From NCBI RefSeq assembly GCF_006345805.1, contig NC_043003.1:54064001-54128000 (forward strand): a stretch of 64,000 nucleotides of DNA, in the 5' to 3' direction. The stretch comes from Octopus sinensis. Taxonomy: Eukaryota. Shown in pieces: positions 13,588-27,562 of the stretch. The notes beneath the pieces were generated by a model that searched no databases, was not told the origin of the DNA, and saw nothing but the letters and a program-made list of their open reading frames with translations. Both the position numbers and the translations under genes were made by a program. Numbering within the stretch: position 1 is the stretch's first letter; the number at the start of each line of letters is the position of its first letter.

Positions 13588-13792
13588 GACGGAGAGCTGG
13601 CAGAATCGTTACTATTTCGGACAAAATGCTTCGCGGCTTTCTTCCGGTTTTACGTTTTGAGTTCACATTCCGACGAGGGCTCTCATCTTTTCATGGTCAA
13701 TAAACTAAGTACCATTTGAGCAGTGGGTTCGACGTAATTCTCTAGTCCCATCCTCCAAAATATGAGGCCTTGTGCCTTTAGTAGAAAGAAAT
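13588..13792 (+). mobile_element. SINE family A, variant tail
   Basis: GAGCTGGCAGAATCGTTA head, GAGTTCACATTCCG, and GGCCTTGTGCCT tail. Confidence 0.8.
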
Positions 13793-14399
13793 ATTTCACT
13801 AGTGCTTACTTCATTCAACTCCGAACTAAGGATATGTAAACTTTTTCATGACTAGGATGTGAAACAACAACTTAAAAAGACGTAACTAAATATCGCCTCA
13901 AGACCTCTTAAATATTAACATATTTACTTTAGTATTTATTGATTTTATTTCTATAAAGAAACTAAGAAATATAAATATAATACGAGTAGAAAGTAAACAC
14001 ATGAAAGAAAGCACACACGAATCTGTTATTCTGTCATACGCGGTTTTCAAACATGAAATATATGAAAAAAAAAATATATATAAATTATTTCCCATAAAGA
14101 CTATTTCGGTTATAAGAAAGAAAAAAAAATCGGAGTGAAAACATAAACAAACTCGAACCTTCTAAGAAATACTAACATTTTACAAAGATATTCATAGCTC
14201 GTATGCTCTTTTAAAGTAAAATATAGGCAAACACATGTAAAGATAGCAGGAAAATATTTTTAAAAGCAAAGACAAATTCTTTTTTTTTTTTTTAAGGAAA
14301 AAAATTTAAATATAAAAATGAGTATATACCCCAATTTGCATACATGTATAATTTCTGTTTGTAACTTTTAGGTAGGCTTATCAGTAATATGTGCAAAAT

Positions 14400-14679
14400 T
14401 CGCATATGTATACACATATAAGTGTGTATGGATAAATACCATCGTATACATACATACACGTTTGCACACACACACACACATGCATGCAAGCGTACATATA
14501 CAATAAATGTGTGCATGTGCGTATATATGTATTATATATATATATATATACACTATATATCCATATATATATATATATACTATATACATACACTATATAT
14601 ATCTACATGTACATATATATATCCATATATATATGTATGGATATATACATATATATATATCCATACATATATATATATC

Positions 14680-14755
<76 letters not shown>

Positions 14756-14830
14756 ATATACATATATATACATGTATATATATGTATATATTTACACATA
14801 TACGTATGTATGATATATATCTATAATCAT
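14400..14830. repeat. Compound (TA)n/(CA)n microsatellite
   Basis: Direct inspection. Source of the YIYI-type spurious ORFs. Confidence 0.95.
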
Positions 14831-15321
14831 GTAAGTATATGCGTGCTTAAAGTTACACATCCACGTGATATCCATGCCAAAATAAAAGCCCGTCTGCATT
14901 TTTCGATAAACTTCAACTGTAAAAGTCAGATTTCAGTTGAATTTAATGTGAATGCAATGGTAAAGAGATATAAAAAAAAGATGACGTGCAAAAAATTTGC
15001 ACAAAACCAACAAAAACATACATGCATACGCATGCATGCGCGAGCACACAAACATGTAGACGCATACGTACACGTATAAAGCCAGTGTTCTTTTTTCCTA
15101 TCATGTTTTATGTATTTTGTTTTGCAAATTAGACTTCTTGTTTATTTGCTCGTCTATTTTGTAGTTAATCCATCGCTTAATTTCTCCCAGTTCTTTTGCT
15201 ATTAATAATATAATATATATAATTTCATCATACACTATCAAATTTAACGATATGTTCATACATACATACATACATACATACATACATACATACATACATA
15301 CATGTAAGCACATAAATGCAC

Positions 15322-15448
15322 ATCGACCCCAGTGTTAAACTGGTACCCATTTTATTCATCTCGAAAGAATGAAACCTAGAATGTAAAAATAGACGGCATG
15401 TTGCTATTATTTTGTCCAGCATGCTAACCATTCTGCCAGCTCACCGTC

Positions 15449-15450
<2 letters not shown>
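15322..15450 (-). mobile_element. SINE family A relic
   Basis: ATCGACCCCAGTG...ATGCTAACCATTCTGCCAGCTCACCG. The head abuts (AAT)n. Confidence 0.7.
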
Positions 15451-15515
<65 letters not shown>

Positions 15516-15534
15516 TAAACATAATAATAATAAT

Positions 15535-15894
15535 ACAAAGAGCACTCAGAGAGCGCAGACCTCCGCTAAGGCAACACCAAAGTCCTCTCAACAATTAGCC
15601 AGAAATTATTTTTAAAATGGGAATATCTGAATTAAACTCGACTGCTCTTACAAACGAGAATGCTATAAATGAACCCGACCGCTCTCAAAAATTAAGTGAA
15701 AAACAGGAAAAATAATCCAGAATCCTTTTCTGGTACCGGATCGATCGTAAAAGCTAATCAGTTCGTGCCTTTCACGAGGCCAATTATCTCTGAAATGTTC
15801 ATCTGAATCCATCCAGCGGTTCTTGAGATATTTTGTCCATAGACAAATAAAACAAACTCAACTGATACAATATCACTGCCTTAACGAAGGCGCA

Positions 15895-15900
<6 letters not shown>
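15535..15900 (-). mobile_element. Non-autonomous Helentron-associated element (HINE/DINE-1-like)
   Basis: Minus strand: 5' ATTACCTGCGCC subterminal IR with a GCCTT/AAGGC palindrome, 3' subterminal IR CCTTAGCGGAGGT, then stem-loop GCGCTC-tct-GAGTGC and a T-rich end. Sits inside (AAT)n. Confidence 0.7.
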
Positions 15901-15930
<30 letters not shown>

Positions 15931-15936
<6 letters not shown>

Positions 15937-16950
15937 CCAGAAGAAAGGGTAGGAGAGGTTTGAACGGTTTCCAGGACTGTATCGAAGCAAAGGGAAACAG
16001 CTTAGAGTGGTATATATAAAAATGCCGTGGAGCCACTGTTGAAACACACGAAGTCCGGTGTCATCAAAGCTGAAAATTGTGTAACGAAAGAAAAGTTTAA
16101 CCAAGAAATGAACAAAAAAAAAGGGTGGAAAAGAAAAAGCATGGAAGGAAAAAAACGTACGGTCAGTTTTCAAGAGATGTGAACGTCAAGACAAATTTAG
16201 AAGATTGGTGGCAATGGACGAGGAGGAGTGACCTGAAGGCAGAGACAGAAGCAGTCATATGCGTAGCTCAAGAATAAGCGTTAAGAACCAACTATGTGCA
16301 GTGCAGAATAGACAACACTACCGATATCGATAAATGCAGAGTATATAGCGAGAGGGGTGAAACGATATGGCACATCGTTTGTGAATGCTCGAAATTGGCA
16401 CAACGCGAATACAAAAGAGACCATGACAAAGTGGTAAAAATCATCCAGTGGGAGTTCTGTGAGAATTACGACCTACAAAGAGTAAAAGACGTGGTATGGT
16501 CACAATCCAGAAAAAGTCACCGAAAATGAGAATTGCAAAATCCTGTGAGATGTAATGATCCAGTGCAATCACCCGAGCAGACACCGGAAACCAGACATTC
16601 TTGGGAATAAAAATGAGAGAACATATATGATAATAAACATAGCATGCCCCGATGACAACAGGATCAATATGAAAGAAGAAGGAAAAATAAACAACTATGA
16701 CGATTTGAAGTGGGAAATACGAAGGTTGTGGTCAATGAAGAGAGTAGACGTGATACCATTAGTAATTGGTGCACTTGGAAGTATCAGCACTCAGCTACCA
16801 GCATGGCCGAAAAAGATTGGTGCAAGTGTGAAGTTCTTTGAGTGGTTCTGGAAGCATGACCAGTAAACAAGTGTCACCTTATTCTGCTGGCTGTGGACAG
16901 CTGACAACTTCCAGCATACTCAGCAAATTAAACTGTGATTTTTCGTATAA
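15931..16950 (+). mobile_element. R4/Dong-like LINE 3' fragment (CCHC knuckle plus RLE)
   Basis: SDLKAETEAVICVAQE, KCR...ETIWHIVCECSKLAQREYK.DHD, RKPDI, DLKWEIRRLW and PLVIGALG motifs. (AAT)n on both sides. Confidence 0.9.
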
Positions 16951-16990
16951 TGATGATAATAATAATAATAATAATAATTATAATAATAAT

Positions 16991-17042
<52 letters not shown>

Positions 17043-17109
17043 GCTATAACTCAACTTTGGAAAAAAGTTAATTAAGAACATTAATGTCATGTTAGGAAAA
17101 AAAAAAGGG

Positions 17110-18010
17110 TTAAGTGTATTCGACCAAGCACAGATTTACAAATACTTAGGAATTAACGTTCCAGACATAGTACAACACTGAAAAAGCTAAGAATGAATAT
17201 TTGAGACGCATAAGATTAATACTTAAAACAGAGCTAAATGTGTAAAAAAGAGAAACGTGATATGCATCGATACTTTAGTTGTCCCAGTAGTACGTTAGAG
17301 AAGTAATATTCTCAACTGGTCGCTAGGTGAATTTGAAGACCAGACAAGAAAACAAGATAAACAATGATTACATTTAGAATATCCTACCTTAAATCTGACT
17401 ACTCACAGAAGGATTATAGTTACAACAAATACACGGAGATAAAGGCCTGCATCGAGAAAAGTATTATAAAATATCTGCTGTAGAGCAGAAACACATCTCG
17501 TAAATAATAATGAAAAATTTACATAGCTAGCTTAAAAAGATCCGATGTCAGATTTTAAGGAAGCCAAAAGATATGTTAGACACAGCCTGGAGTAAAAGTT
17601 GGTTGTGAGGTAAAAATACTAACAACAGTTTGTTAAAAATCTAAAATATATGCAAAAGATTAGGTTACACATTGTCATGTTAAAATGACATTTAGAAAAA
17701 TCCCTTTCATGATCAATACCCGAGAAAACTAAAAACGAATAAATAGATAAAGAATGATATCAGCAGTGGCTTTCTAGAAGTTCCGGATTAAATCGGAGAC
17801 CAACGGAATTTTGATTACGGTGTAAGTTGAGGATTTTCCCACTAGAAACAAACAAAAACATACAATGAAATAGAATGTATTAAATACTGACTAAGGAAAG
17901 GTTGGGCTGAAGCAATTAATCATATTCGTTTCTGGCTGCCCGATTTTAGCCAAACGAGAATAAATGTTGAAGTATGACTCAGTTGGGAATTTCATAGACT
18001 TAATTATACC
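17110..18010 (+). mobile_element. Highly decayed R4/Dong-like LINE (end of RT to zinc knuckle)
   Basis: YKYLGI, ILKTELN, NILNWSL, KSETNGILI and HIRFWLP remnants in shifting frames. Confidence 0.6.
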
Positions 18011-18294
18011 AGTAAAATAAACTGACAAAAGAAAAGAAATGGCATAAAGATATACTAGAAAAGGAAAGGCCTCAAATTGTGACAAAACGGCCTTTCCATC
18101 GAATATTCCACCAGAGTGATCAAGATATTTTTATTAGATATTTCTTAGAATGACTCCCAGTAAAGTACTCTCATGAAACTGGTAGTAGTGACAGAAATAT
18201 CCTTTCTGCTACAGGTACGATGCAGGAAATTTTCAGAGCAGGGACTCTCCTCGCACAGAACTGCATCCCATTTGTCTTCTTTTCCATTCCTCCG

Positions 18295-19390
18295 CCGTAA
18301 GATCCTAGGCGCCTTCCACCTCCTGTAGTCCGATTTTACCAGCCTCTTTCTTTTATCTAAATCCACATCTCCACTTATTCAAGCGCCTTCGTAACATAAG
18401 AGACTCATTGTCCGTTCCTCATTAACATCATCCCCCTCATAGAACCCCAAAACTACACATTTTCACATTTCTGATCCCTTTGTTCGAGCATCTAACAGCG
18501 CCATGAACCGCTTAAAGTGCTACCACTGTGAGATTATGTAACGCTCAAATCGACTACCGTGTAAGCGATCAGTTCACAAGAGATCTCCGTAATATACCGC
18601 TCGGAAATCAGATCCCCCTCTTTCGCCGTTTCTGCTCCGCAGATCACACAGCAGGATATTTTACAGAGTTTGACACGGCCTTACACAATGGACCCACGAA
18701 TTCTAAGTTTCGCAGAGAGCTGCCTTTTATTTTTCTCTTTAATTCTACACACTTTGGCCCCAATTTACAACCCCAGATCCTCTAACATATATACTCACAC
18801 ACAACGCATAAACGCATAACTGTTAACGGGATACGACATATCCTCGCATGAAATGCATGAACACATAGTCATATTACAATACGAAAGACACATTTCTGTA
18901 TCCACATACACAACCCCCCCCCCACAAACCTGTTTATAAAACAGAAAAAGACGAAGACGTGCGCACACACATGCAAACACACACCCATCCACAAACACAC
19001 ACTGCACATCCACGACTACTTAAGAATACTGAATAATTGTTCGTATCAAATACACGAACACAGATTACAATTTGACACACATTTCTTCATCCACATAAAT
19101 ACACACACGCACGCACACACACACATACATACACACACGCTTACACACACACACACACACGTCTGTGCATATAACAGCCACACACATGCAATTACACATT
19201 CAGCGAACATATAGACCACTACACTCACTGGTCTTTCCGCTTCTCTTTTTCTACTATCCGTAGAAGACCCAAACCCGAAGCGTTATAGCCATTAACCCTT
19301 TCTGTTTCGTTGATCTTTAAGCTAATAACATCGATTGGGAACTTATGTCGCTTTTTTTGTGTTTTTCTCTCTATTTTATTTTTGTTCTTC
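18295..19390 (+). mobile_element. Penelope-like element relic (GIY-YIG endonuclease end plus pLTR)
   Basis: ORF 18528-18785 (..SDQFTRDLRNIPLGNQIPLFRRF..FRRELPFIF) resembles a decayed PLE GIY-YIG C-terminus. An AC-rich UTR follows, with a degenerate hammerhead motif at 19254-19288. Confidence 0.65.
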
Positions 19391-20845
19391 ACAATATATG
19401 GATATGTATAAATGGATGCATTCGTATATACATACACATACACACGTACATATACACATATATATATGTCTGCCTTCTCTTTCTCTCTCTCTCCTTCTCT
19501 CTCTCTCTCTCTATCTATATATATATATATATATATATACACATACATATATTTGCCCAATACATATATTTGCGCAATATATCGAAGTACGAGAGACTAC
19601 CATAACACCACACACACACACACACATCATGATCTAGCCAAATATACACATAGATTCGCTTACATACGCATACGCGTACGCACTGGATTTTACAAATATA
19701 ATTTTCAGTAGCCACTCCCGGCTGGTAATAGAGTAAGTCTTCATTCGAATGGAAAACAAATTTCTGACTCAACTGCTAAAGTATTTTATTTTATGACTTA
19801 ATAAATATAAATATAAGTGTATAGCTGGCGACCATGATGAGACAGATACGATCTCTAAGTAGGTATCTTCAAATAAAGGCGAGAAGGAGGGCTAATTTAG
19901 AGAGAGGATTGGTTGAAAGTCAGTAAGGGACTGGAATGAGAGGTGCAAGAACCGATTTTAAGAAGACGTGTCGTGACTGTTGTTGTTGGTCGTTTGCAAT
20001 TATTCAGCTCGGAGAACGAAAGCCGTTGTAGTAGAGTTTGAATGGGAAGAGTTTGCGAGGAAAGAAATAGCATTTGCAGGGTCAGAGCTTGTACGTTGTT
20101 GGTAAGAAAGTCAATGCGATTATTTGTATATCAGTAGTATTGTTCTACATGTAAGAATTGTATAACATTGTGACTCTCTCTTAAGCCTCATTGAGAGTAG
20201 CGACTGAGCAGATCTGAGTCATTTTCCGGCCTGAAGTGGAATACCGGTGATGTGATACAAATTTGGCTATGTTCTGTTGCGCAGACTCACAATGAGAAGT
20301 TTTGTCTCGTAGTGCTAGTAGAACCAGAAAAGGTTATTGAAGAGAGCATAATAGACGATTGGTTCATAGAAAAAAAAAACAACAATATTTATATCTCAGA
20401 ACTGTCATAAAAGATTATAATGACATAATTACATTAACCCTCTGATTCGACATTTATAATATTTTTCTGTCATATTGCTGCGTTTCCGTAGCAAATACTT
20501 GGTGCTGCAAAATACTTTTTATACATGATACACACACTGTGGTTCTGTATGCCATTTTACAGCTTGGCACTTTTCGCAAACATTTTACACTGTTTTGAAA
20601 CCAATAGTGCATGCGCGCTCGTATTTGTTTGTGAGTGAGTGTGTGTGTGTTCCGCATATAATATTAGGCATATATGTTTTCATGTATGCTTACATAAATG
20701 GATACAAAAATGCGTCTATAACTTTTATCTGTCAATTGCAAGCGAGTATGACCCGTTAGTTCGTATTACACTTTCGGTAATTGCTTATGTATATGTGTAT
20801 ATGCATATATATGTATATATACACTGCATATATATGTATATACAC

Positions 20846-20913
<68 letters not shown>

Positions 20914-20989
20914 CTGCATATGTATGTATGCATGCATGTATGTATGTATAAATATATATGTATGCATGTATATATGCATGCATGTACGT

Positions 20990-21990
20990 TTGTGACTTCT
21001 CTTTAGTTTTTGATTATTTAAATTTTTCATCTGAGGAAGGAGCCTGGTTTCTAGCAAAGATACAAAGCTCCCTCGCTGGAATGTACCTAACGAAAACAAT
21101 GTCACATTTTAAACCTGAGAAATGTCTTGCATATTTCAACTGCTTCATTCGCAGAATGTATTTGTAATATGCAACTTGGTTGATTTCTGTTTTTGAAAGC
21201 CATAGCTTATCCAGATTGTCACTTAGGTATTTACTACAAAACCAAGAGCAAGAATTATTATTGACATAAAAGTGAATTCATAACCTGGATATAAAAGCTG
21301 AAAGTATCGAAGCCGTTATCCATAAATATTCTCTTTAAACTTTTGGGATATTCACGTCCGCAGGACAGCTGACCTCTTTAGTGCTACAAACGTTTTCTGT
21401 GTGTGCGAAACAATATCCGGCCTGTTATGTTTACACTTGACAGTATTCCTTGTCTTGATGTTTGTGTGCGTGTGTTCAATAACAGAGGGATTCTCTATTT
21501 ATTCAAGGACAGTCATTTTTTTCCCCGAATGGTATTAAATATTGTTTTGTAACAACGTCGTGTTGCAATGACAATTGCTGACTCATAGAGAAATATGACA
21601 TAATCCACATTTTCAGTTGCACCAAGGACTTCACTGTCTCTTTTGCTTATTAGATAATTTGTAACAATCTCCTATTCTTGGATTGCAAAGGCATAGCCTT
21701 CGAAGTACGATATGTAGCAGCCGTCACGAGTTCAAGAGAGGCTGCACTCTATGTCGCTATTACAGTTTTCTTCAAGTCCTCGGGAAACATATCCATGCAT
21801 AATCTCTTTTTTTTTTGCTATACTGAGCGTTTCACAACCAGGTGTATATTCATATGTGTGCTGCCCCCAGGGCTGGTTCAGAATAGTTGCTTTCCAATAG
21901 AAACCCATTGCGGTTATCATGTCCTTCTGTGTTATCACCACCCAACAACAATGGCCATGTGCATTTTGTATTTATACCAGAATGAATGAA
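20990..21990 (-). mobile_element. R4/Dong-like LINE 3' fragment with 3' UTR
   Basis: MHGYVSR, SYFEGYAFAIQE, KCGLC, EVSCPADVN and QLLYPGYEF motifs. The 3' UTR resembles 60412-60625 and ends at a TACA-type array. Confidence 0.75.
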
Positions 21991-22175
21991 ATATAAATCA
22001 TAAAAATTACTGGAGCCCGTATAAAAGGTAAAGTACAGTAAACTGTTACTCGTGAGCGAGTAATGCTCGTTGGCATGTATCATGCTTTCGTTAATTGTTT
22101 CAGAGGCCTCTGTCATCAAGTGTACTCTTCGTCCCCTCCCTCTTTACGCGGTCAAACAACCAGGGTGAAATAACC

Positions 22176-22216
<41 letters not shown>

Positions 22217-22541
22217 CAGTATCAATACAAACTTGTCTTCATCCCAGCAGTCAAGTGGTCGTGAACGATGTGAAATGACGTGCTATATTGAAGGACACGA
22301 AGCATAGCCCAATCTAGGAATTGAAAGCACGACCTTATTATAATCATGCGTTGAACATCCTAACTACTAGATCATGCGTCTTTAGCAAAACACTTGAACA
22401 CGATGCCATAGAATGCGTAAAGACTTGAACCTACAGGAACAAGACATTGTAGTTTCTGTGGATTTTTTCAGTTAAATAAGATGTCTTCTAAAAACTTACT
22501 GTAGTTACCTTCATCAGTCTTTTCTCTTTTAGTTACTACTA

Positions 22542-22572
<31 letters not shown>

Positions 22573-23639
22573 GTTTATATATTCCACATCACGCTATTAT
22601 AACCATTCATGAGCACTCTCTCGCATACGTGCATATATACATATATACATACACACCTAGATATGCATTTGTATGTCTACGTGTGTATATTAATGAGAGC
22701 ATGTGTGCACATATGTACGTATGTTATGTATAATATATACATACACATACTCATATGTAAAGAGAATGAGAAAGCGAGAGAGAGAGAGAGAGAGAGAGAG
22801 AGTTAAACATATATAACACACACACATGCACACATACACACACTCACACACAGACATGCATATTTGCATTCGTATGTTTTTGTCTATGCGTGTGCTTATA
22901 TGTGCATCTGTTCATAAGTTTGTGTGTATTTATTTTGATATATCTACGTGATGTGTATTTCTTTATGTTCAATAGTCAGACATATTGAAATATAGCATTA
23001 GTTTCTTCACATAAAGCAGGGTAACAAATTTTAAAATCTACGCCATAAAATCTAAATAGTGTCCGCTCAACCGAACCGAGGAATGCTCTTTAAAAAACTG
23101 TTAAAACCCAACGGCATTCTCCGCCTCCTTTTTGCTTTGGTTTTTGTTTAAAGTATAATCTATACTACCTTTAAATGGCATCTTTCTAAACATTGAGCAG
23201 TTTTGAATGAAATTTCTTTTGACGATAATGAGATAGAATGGAGAAAAGAAGGAGGAAGAAAAAAAAAGCAAAGAAGGAGAACGAAGTAGAAGTTGTCGAT
23301 GCAGTGGACAGAGGAGTATGAAACAGAAATGTTGTTGTTTTTATCGCTGCTGCGGCTAATGTTCTTTAGTCCCAAAGTTAGACCTGATAGAGCAAATCTA
23401 TGGTCATTCACACACATCCCGTCTTTTATTGAGACAAAATACGTCTACGACTGGGTAATTTAGCTGTTATTTCTAACAGGCTGCATGATACTTAGGTTTT
23501 CTTGTTGACTCCTAAATAGAAAATATGGAGGAAAATACAATGACATACTGCATATCTTGTAGAACGTCTTTTGAAGTTAACATTGTTGCTGTAGGCAGAG
23601 TAATTTAGCTCCTGATCAACATAAAAATTGGCACGGGCA

Positions 23640-24560
23640 GAGCCTGGATATGGTAATCCAGACCGTCACGGAGAACTAGAGACCAACAAGCTAATATTTA
23701 TAGAACCCTGGCACTGGTAACAGGAAGGATAGAGATGATATTCAGTGATGCCTTCGATACGTGCTTGAAACCAATATGGCAGGAAATAAAATATATCAAT
23801 AGAGGAAAGCGTTTTGGTACTGTGGAAATGAGGTTCGCTTCCGAAAAAGGAGTAAAAGAATACTAAAAAAAAACTTTAAAGTCGGAAAAACTAGTGTTGC
23901 TTCCGACTTAATTTGGAAGAAGAACCTCCACAATTAAAATCGTGGGGATCCCTCCAGAACTCTCCGATACATGGCTGATAGCACCCTTATTGTTCAATCA
24001 AAAAGACGTGGTCTGTCTCATTGCAACTTCCAGAACGCAACTACAAAACTGGCAGGGTCGTGGCCTGGAATTGTCAATCCTGGCCACCCAAAGAGATCTG
24101 GAAGAAATTCTAGAATATATTATATTGTGGGATGAGACAAAAATAAGGATTATCATAGAAGTTAGAAGCCCAAGGTACTTTGGCTGTGGACAGAAGGCCC
24201 ACATTAAAGCTAACTGCCCTCAAGGCATGCAGCCGAGGTACACCCTTCATCCAGCAAACCAGTACAAACGGAAGAACCAACTGGTATCGTAAATGATAAA
24301 CCTACCAACGTACAACTGACCAACAAGCCTAACCCAGCAAAAGAGAAAGAGAACATCCCAAAAGAGAAGTAGAAATCTAAATCTACAACACAGAAGCCCT
24401 AAAGAGGGGCAAGTCCTATAAGAGACAGCCAAGTTGATTCAATGCCGGCCGAAAGCAGCGACGAATGGACAGAAGTAAAGAGAAAACAGAAAGAAAAGAC
24501 GCCCATCCTCGCGCTCATATAAATGTTTAAAACTCAGTTGACACAGTGTACACACACACA
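23640..24560 (+). mobile_element. LINE ORF1 relic (probably L1/Tx1) with zinc knuckle
   Basis: YINRGKRFGTVEMRF..VLLPT*FGRRTSTIKIVGIPPE...FGCGQKAHIKANCP, then EWTEVKRK. Contains stops. Confidence 0.65.
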
Positions 24561-24785
24561 CAGAGCTTTGAAACAGTAAACATAGACGATCAAAAACTCA
24601 TACATACCACTCACAAGACACCAACTGTTCGTTCGCTAGACAGATATAGTCTTATAGTATATGTACACAGGAGATATTAACTCCATCATCATCCGAAAAA
24701 ACCTAGATACACAAATGCATATATTAAACCCTTCCCATCTGAACATAAGAACGAACTATAAAGATAAAAAGTAATTTAAAATAAG

Positions 24786-25069
24786 TGTTACAAACCCTTC
24801 AAAAATAAGTATTAACGAGAACTGTGTGGTCGAGCTATTAAATGTAATGGACAGTAAATAAGTGGTTAATCAAAAATAAAGTTCGTGCTAGTTCCACAGT
24901 TCGTGTGTTGATAGTTCAAAGCTGGAGTTCAAAGTTTACAGTTCGAGTTAGCGTGTTGGATTGTTGGTTCTTAAAAGATTGTTGTTACGTTACGTGTGGT
25001 TACTGCTGTTTGTTTAGATCATATTATTACACTGTTGCAGTGTATTAATTTATCCTTAAGGATATAACA
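24786..25069 (+). repeat. 5' LTR of the Gypsy element
   Basis: TGTTA...TAACA termini and an internal AATAAA, with the PBS starting 3 bp downstream. Confidence 0.75.
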
Positions 25070-25071
25070 TC

Positions 25072-25084
25072 TGGCGACGAGGAT
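25072..25084 (+). promoter_or_regulatory. Primer binding site, probably tRNA-Ser(GCU)
   Basis: TGGCGACGAGGAT is complementary to the ...ATCCTCGTCG-CCA 3' end of metazoan tRNA-Ser(GCU). Confidence 0.75.
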
Positions 25085-26699
25085 CGTCCGAAAGTCACAT
25101 TAGTTATTTGACAATTTCTGCATCATGGAAAACCTATTAGCCGCAGAGAAACAACAGGAACAACTACGGAAGTTGCAAAAACAGATTCAACAACAATTGA
25201 GTTACAGTCGGCGAAGTCCGAAAATTCAATAAGCTCGTTTACGCCATTTCTGAAATTACGTATAATCCGGAGGAGGGCATTACGTTTTCCTTGTATTATA
25301 GAAGACACACGGGAATTTTTAACGAGTGTAAGTCATGGTAGGAGGAGCAGAAAGTTAGGCTTTTACTACGAAATGTGAACATGAGCATTACTGTAACTTT
25401 ATTCTGCCCCAAATATCGAGTGAGTTTGGCTTCCAAGAAACCGTGGAACTGCTTTCAAAAATTTTTTGTGATAGGAGTTCATTATTCAACACCAGAATGG
25501 AGTGTTGGAACTTTAAAAAAAATGAGGATCTCACTCAGGATATACTTAAATCACTTATCTTCGTGCAAGGACTTATAACACCTGAAGATAGAGAAATTCG
25601 GGCAAGGATTCACTCGAAATAAGTGTTACAAGCGAATCAGGATTTATCTCTACAGGCCGTCGTAGAAGAATGTCAGACTATGGTAAATCTTAAACACGAT
25701 GTGACAAAGAATGCAAGATAAAGACTCTGCAAAAATTCTGATGTCTTTTGGGGATGCACAAATAAAAATGTGTCAGGCTCCAAACCGTGTTACGGTTGTG
25801 GAGAGCTACATTACAAAATAGATAGTCCGTTTAAAAGCAAAGTGCTTTAGCTGTCAGAAGCTGGATACTGGAGTTCTCATTGTAGAGACCAACAAGCTAA
25901 TATTTATAGAACCCTGGCACTGGTAACAGGAAGGATAGAGATGATATTCAGTGATGATATTCAGGTGTTTTCAGCGGAGAGTGATTTCGACTGAAAAACA
26001 AGAAAATTCGGACAAATAAATGACGTGAATACCAAATTACTGTTAGACACAAATAGTGACAACTCGATTATAAATGCGGACACTCCGAAAAAATTGGTAA
26101 ACCGAGATTACGTAAAACAACGAAAATAGTGTGTGGTGTAAAGGGCGATATATTACATTTCATGGGCAAAACCTGTATCAATGTTACATTTCGAAGAGAG
26201 ACACGCGAAGCAAAATTATTCGTTGTGGATAACAATCAATCTGTTTGACACAGATTGGTTAGAACTATTCGATTTATGACACCTCCTCATAAATTTTTAC
26301 TGCAATAACATAGATGGTTGTCCTGTTAAAAACAAGTGTTCGGAAGAATTGAAAGAAAAATTGAAACAAAAATGTTCCCGCAAGTGTTATCAGAGGATTT
26401 AGGTCAATGTAGAGAGACGGAAGCCTATTTCCAAGTAAGTGAAAATTCTGTATTTGTATTTAAAGCAAACAGAAAAGTATCGTTCGTGGCAATTGAAACC
26501 GTAAATGAAGATTTGGATAGACTCGAAAAGAGTTTAGTCAAAAAAAGGTGGATTACTCGATGTGGGCGGCACCCACGGTATGCATTAAAAAAAAAGGTTA
26601 GGCTGTGTGCTGATTTCTCTACAGTATTGAACGACTGCTTAAAAACATGCCACCATCCACTCCTGACTGCAGAGGACTTTTTTTGAAAGCTGATTCCAC

Positions 26700-27562
26700 C
26701 TCTGGTTTGAACCTGAAAGTTTTATCACTTAAAAACAGGTTTAAATGCTTAAAAATGGTAGTCATTGTGTGAAGGATCAGAAGAATATGGAGGATGTGGT
26801 AAAGTCTCGTATCCGACGTCTGTGAGTTTATGCAGCGTCATTTTTGCAACATGTGGCTTTGCATTATCGTGGAACAGAATTGGGCCAAGCCGATTCACAC
26901 TTCCAGGGCACATTTTTGGTAAGTGAGCATGCCGTTCAGCGAGTTGATTGCAGTAAATCTCTGCTGTAATGCTCTGATTGGCTTCCAGAAAGCTGTAATG
27001 GACAACACCAATTGCAGACCACCAGACAGTCACCATAATCTTTGGTTTTGGGAAATGTTTGGGAGACTCATTAGGATCAAGCCATTGACCTGATCGTTTG
27101 CGGTTATCATAAAGGATCCACAACTGAATATTGAGTCAAGGACAGGATCATAGGAGTTTCGCTGAAAGAGCATCGAGCACACTTCAAAGCGCCGAACTTT
27201 TTGATCTTCATTGAGCTCATGCGGTACCCATTTATCAACTTTTTCACTTTACCAATTTTCTGAGACCGGTGCAATATTGACACCAAGTGCCTGAGACATT
27301 CCTCTGACACTTTGACGTGTGTTTTGTTCAACAATTGCTTTCAATTGTTTACTGTCAAGACTACATGACCGTCCTCTACCTTCTTCATCTTCAAGGTTCT
27401 CCTCATCACTACAGAATTTTTTAAACCGCCTTGTTACTGTGTGATCACTTGTGGACCCGTCTCCCATGCTCTGTTAATATTGCCAACAGTTTCGGAGACA
27501 TTGTGCCCAAGCTTGAACTCATGCAAGAAAAGTAAGCGAAGGTACTTTTTTGTAATGTTCAT
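26700..27562 (-). mobile_element. Mariner transposase pseudogene (Hsmar1/cecropia-like)
   Basis: HEFKLGH, LEDEEGRGR, WVPHEL, WILYDN, KIMVTVWW, FHDNAKPH and HPPYSSD motifs across frameshifts. Confidence 0.92.

Larger units (their letters stand above)
24786..26686 (+). mobile_element. Ty3/Gypsy LTR retrotransposon, 5' part (LTR, gag, protease, start of RT), decayed
   Basis: gag ISEITYNPEEGITF..KVRLLLR, knuckle PCYGCGELH, protease LDTNSD, and RT start KVRLCADFSTVLNDCL..HPL. Ends where the mariner relic begins. Confidence 0.9.

Noticed and set aside
19870-20330. Purine-rich block, possibly a minus-strand retroelement ORF
   Set aside because: Too decayed for any diagnostic motif.
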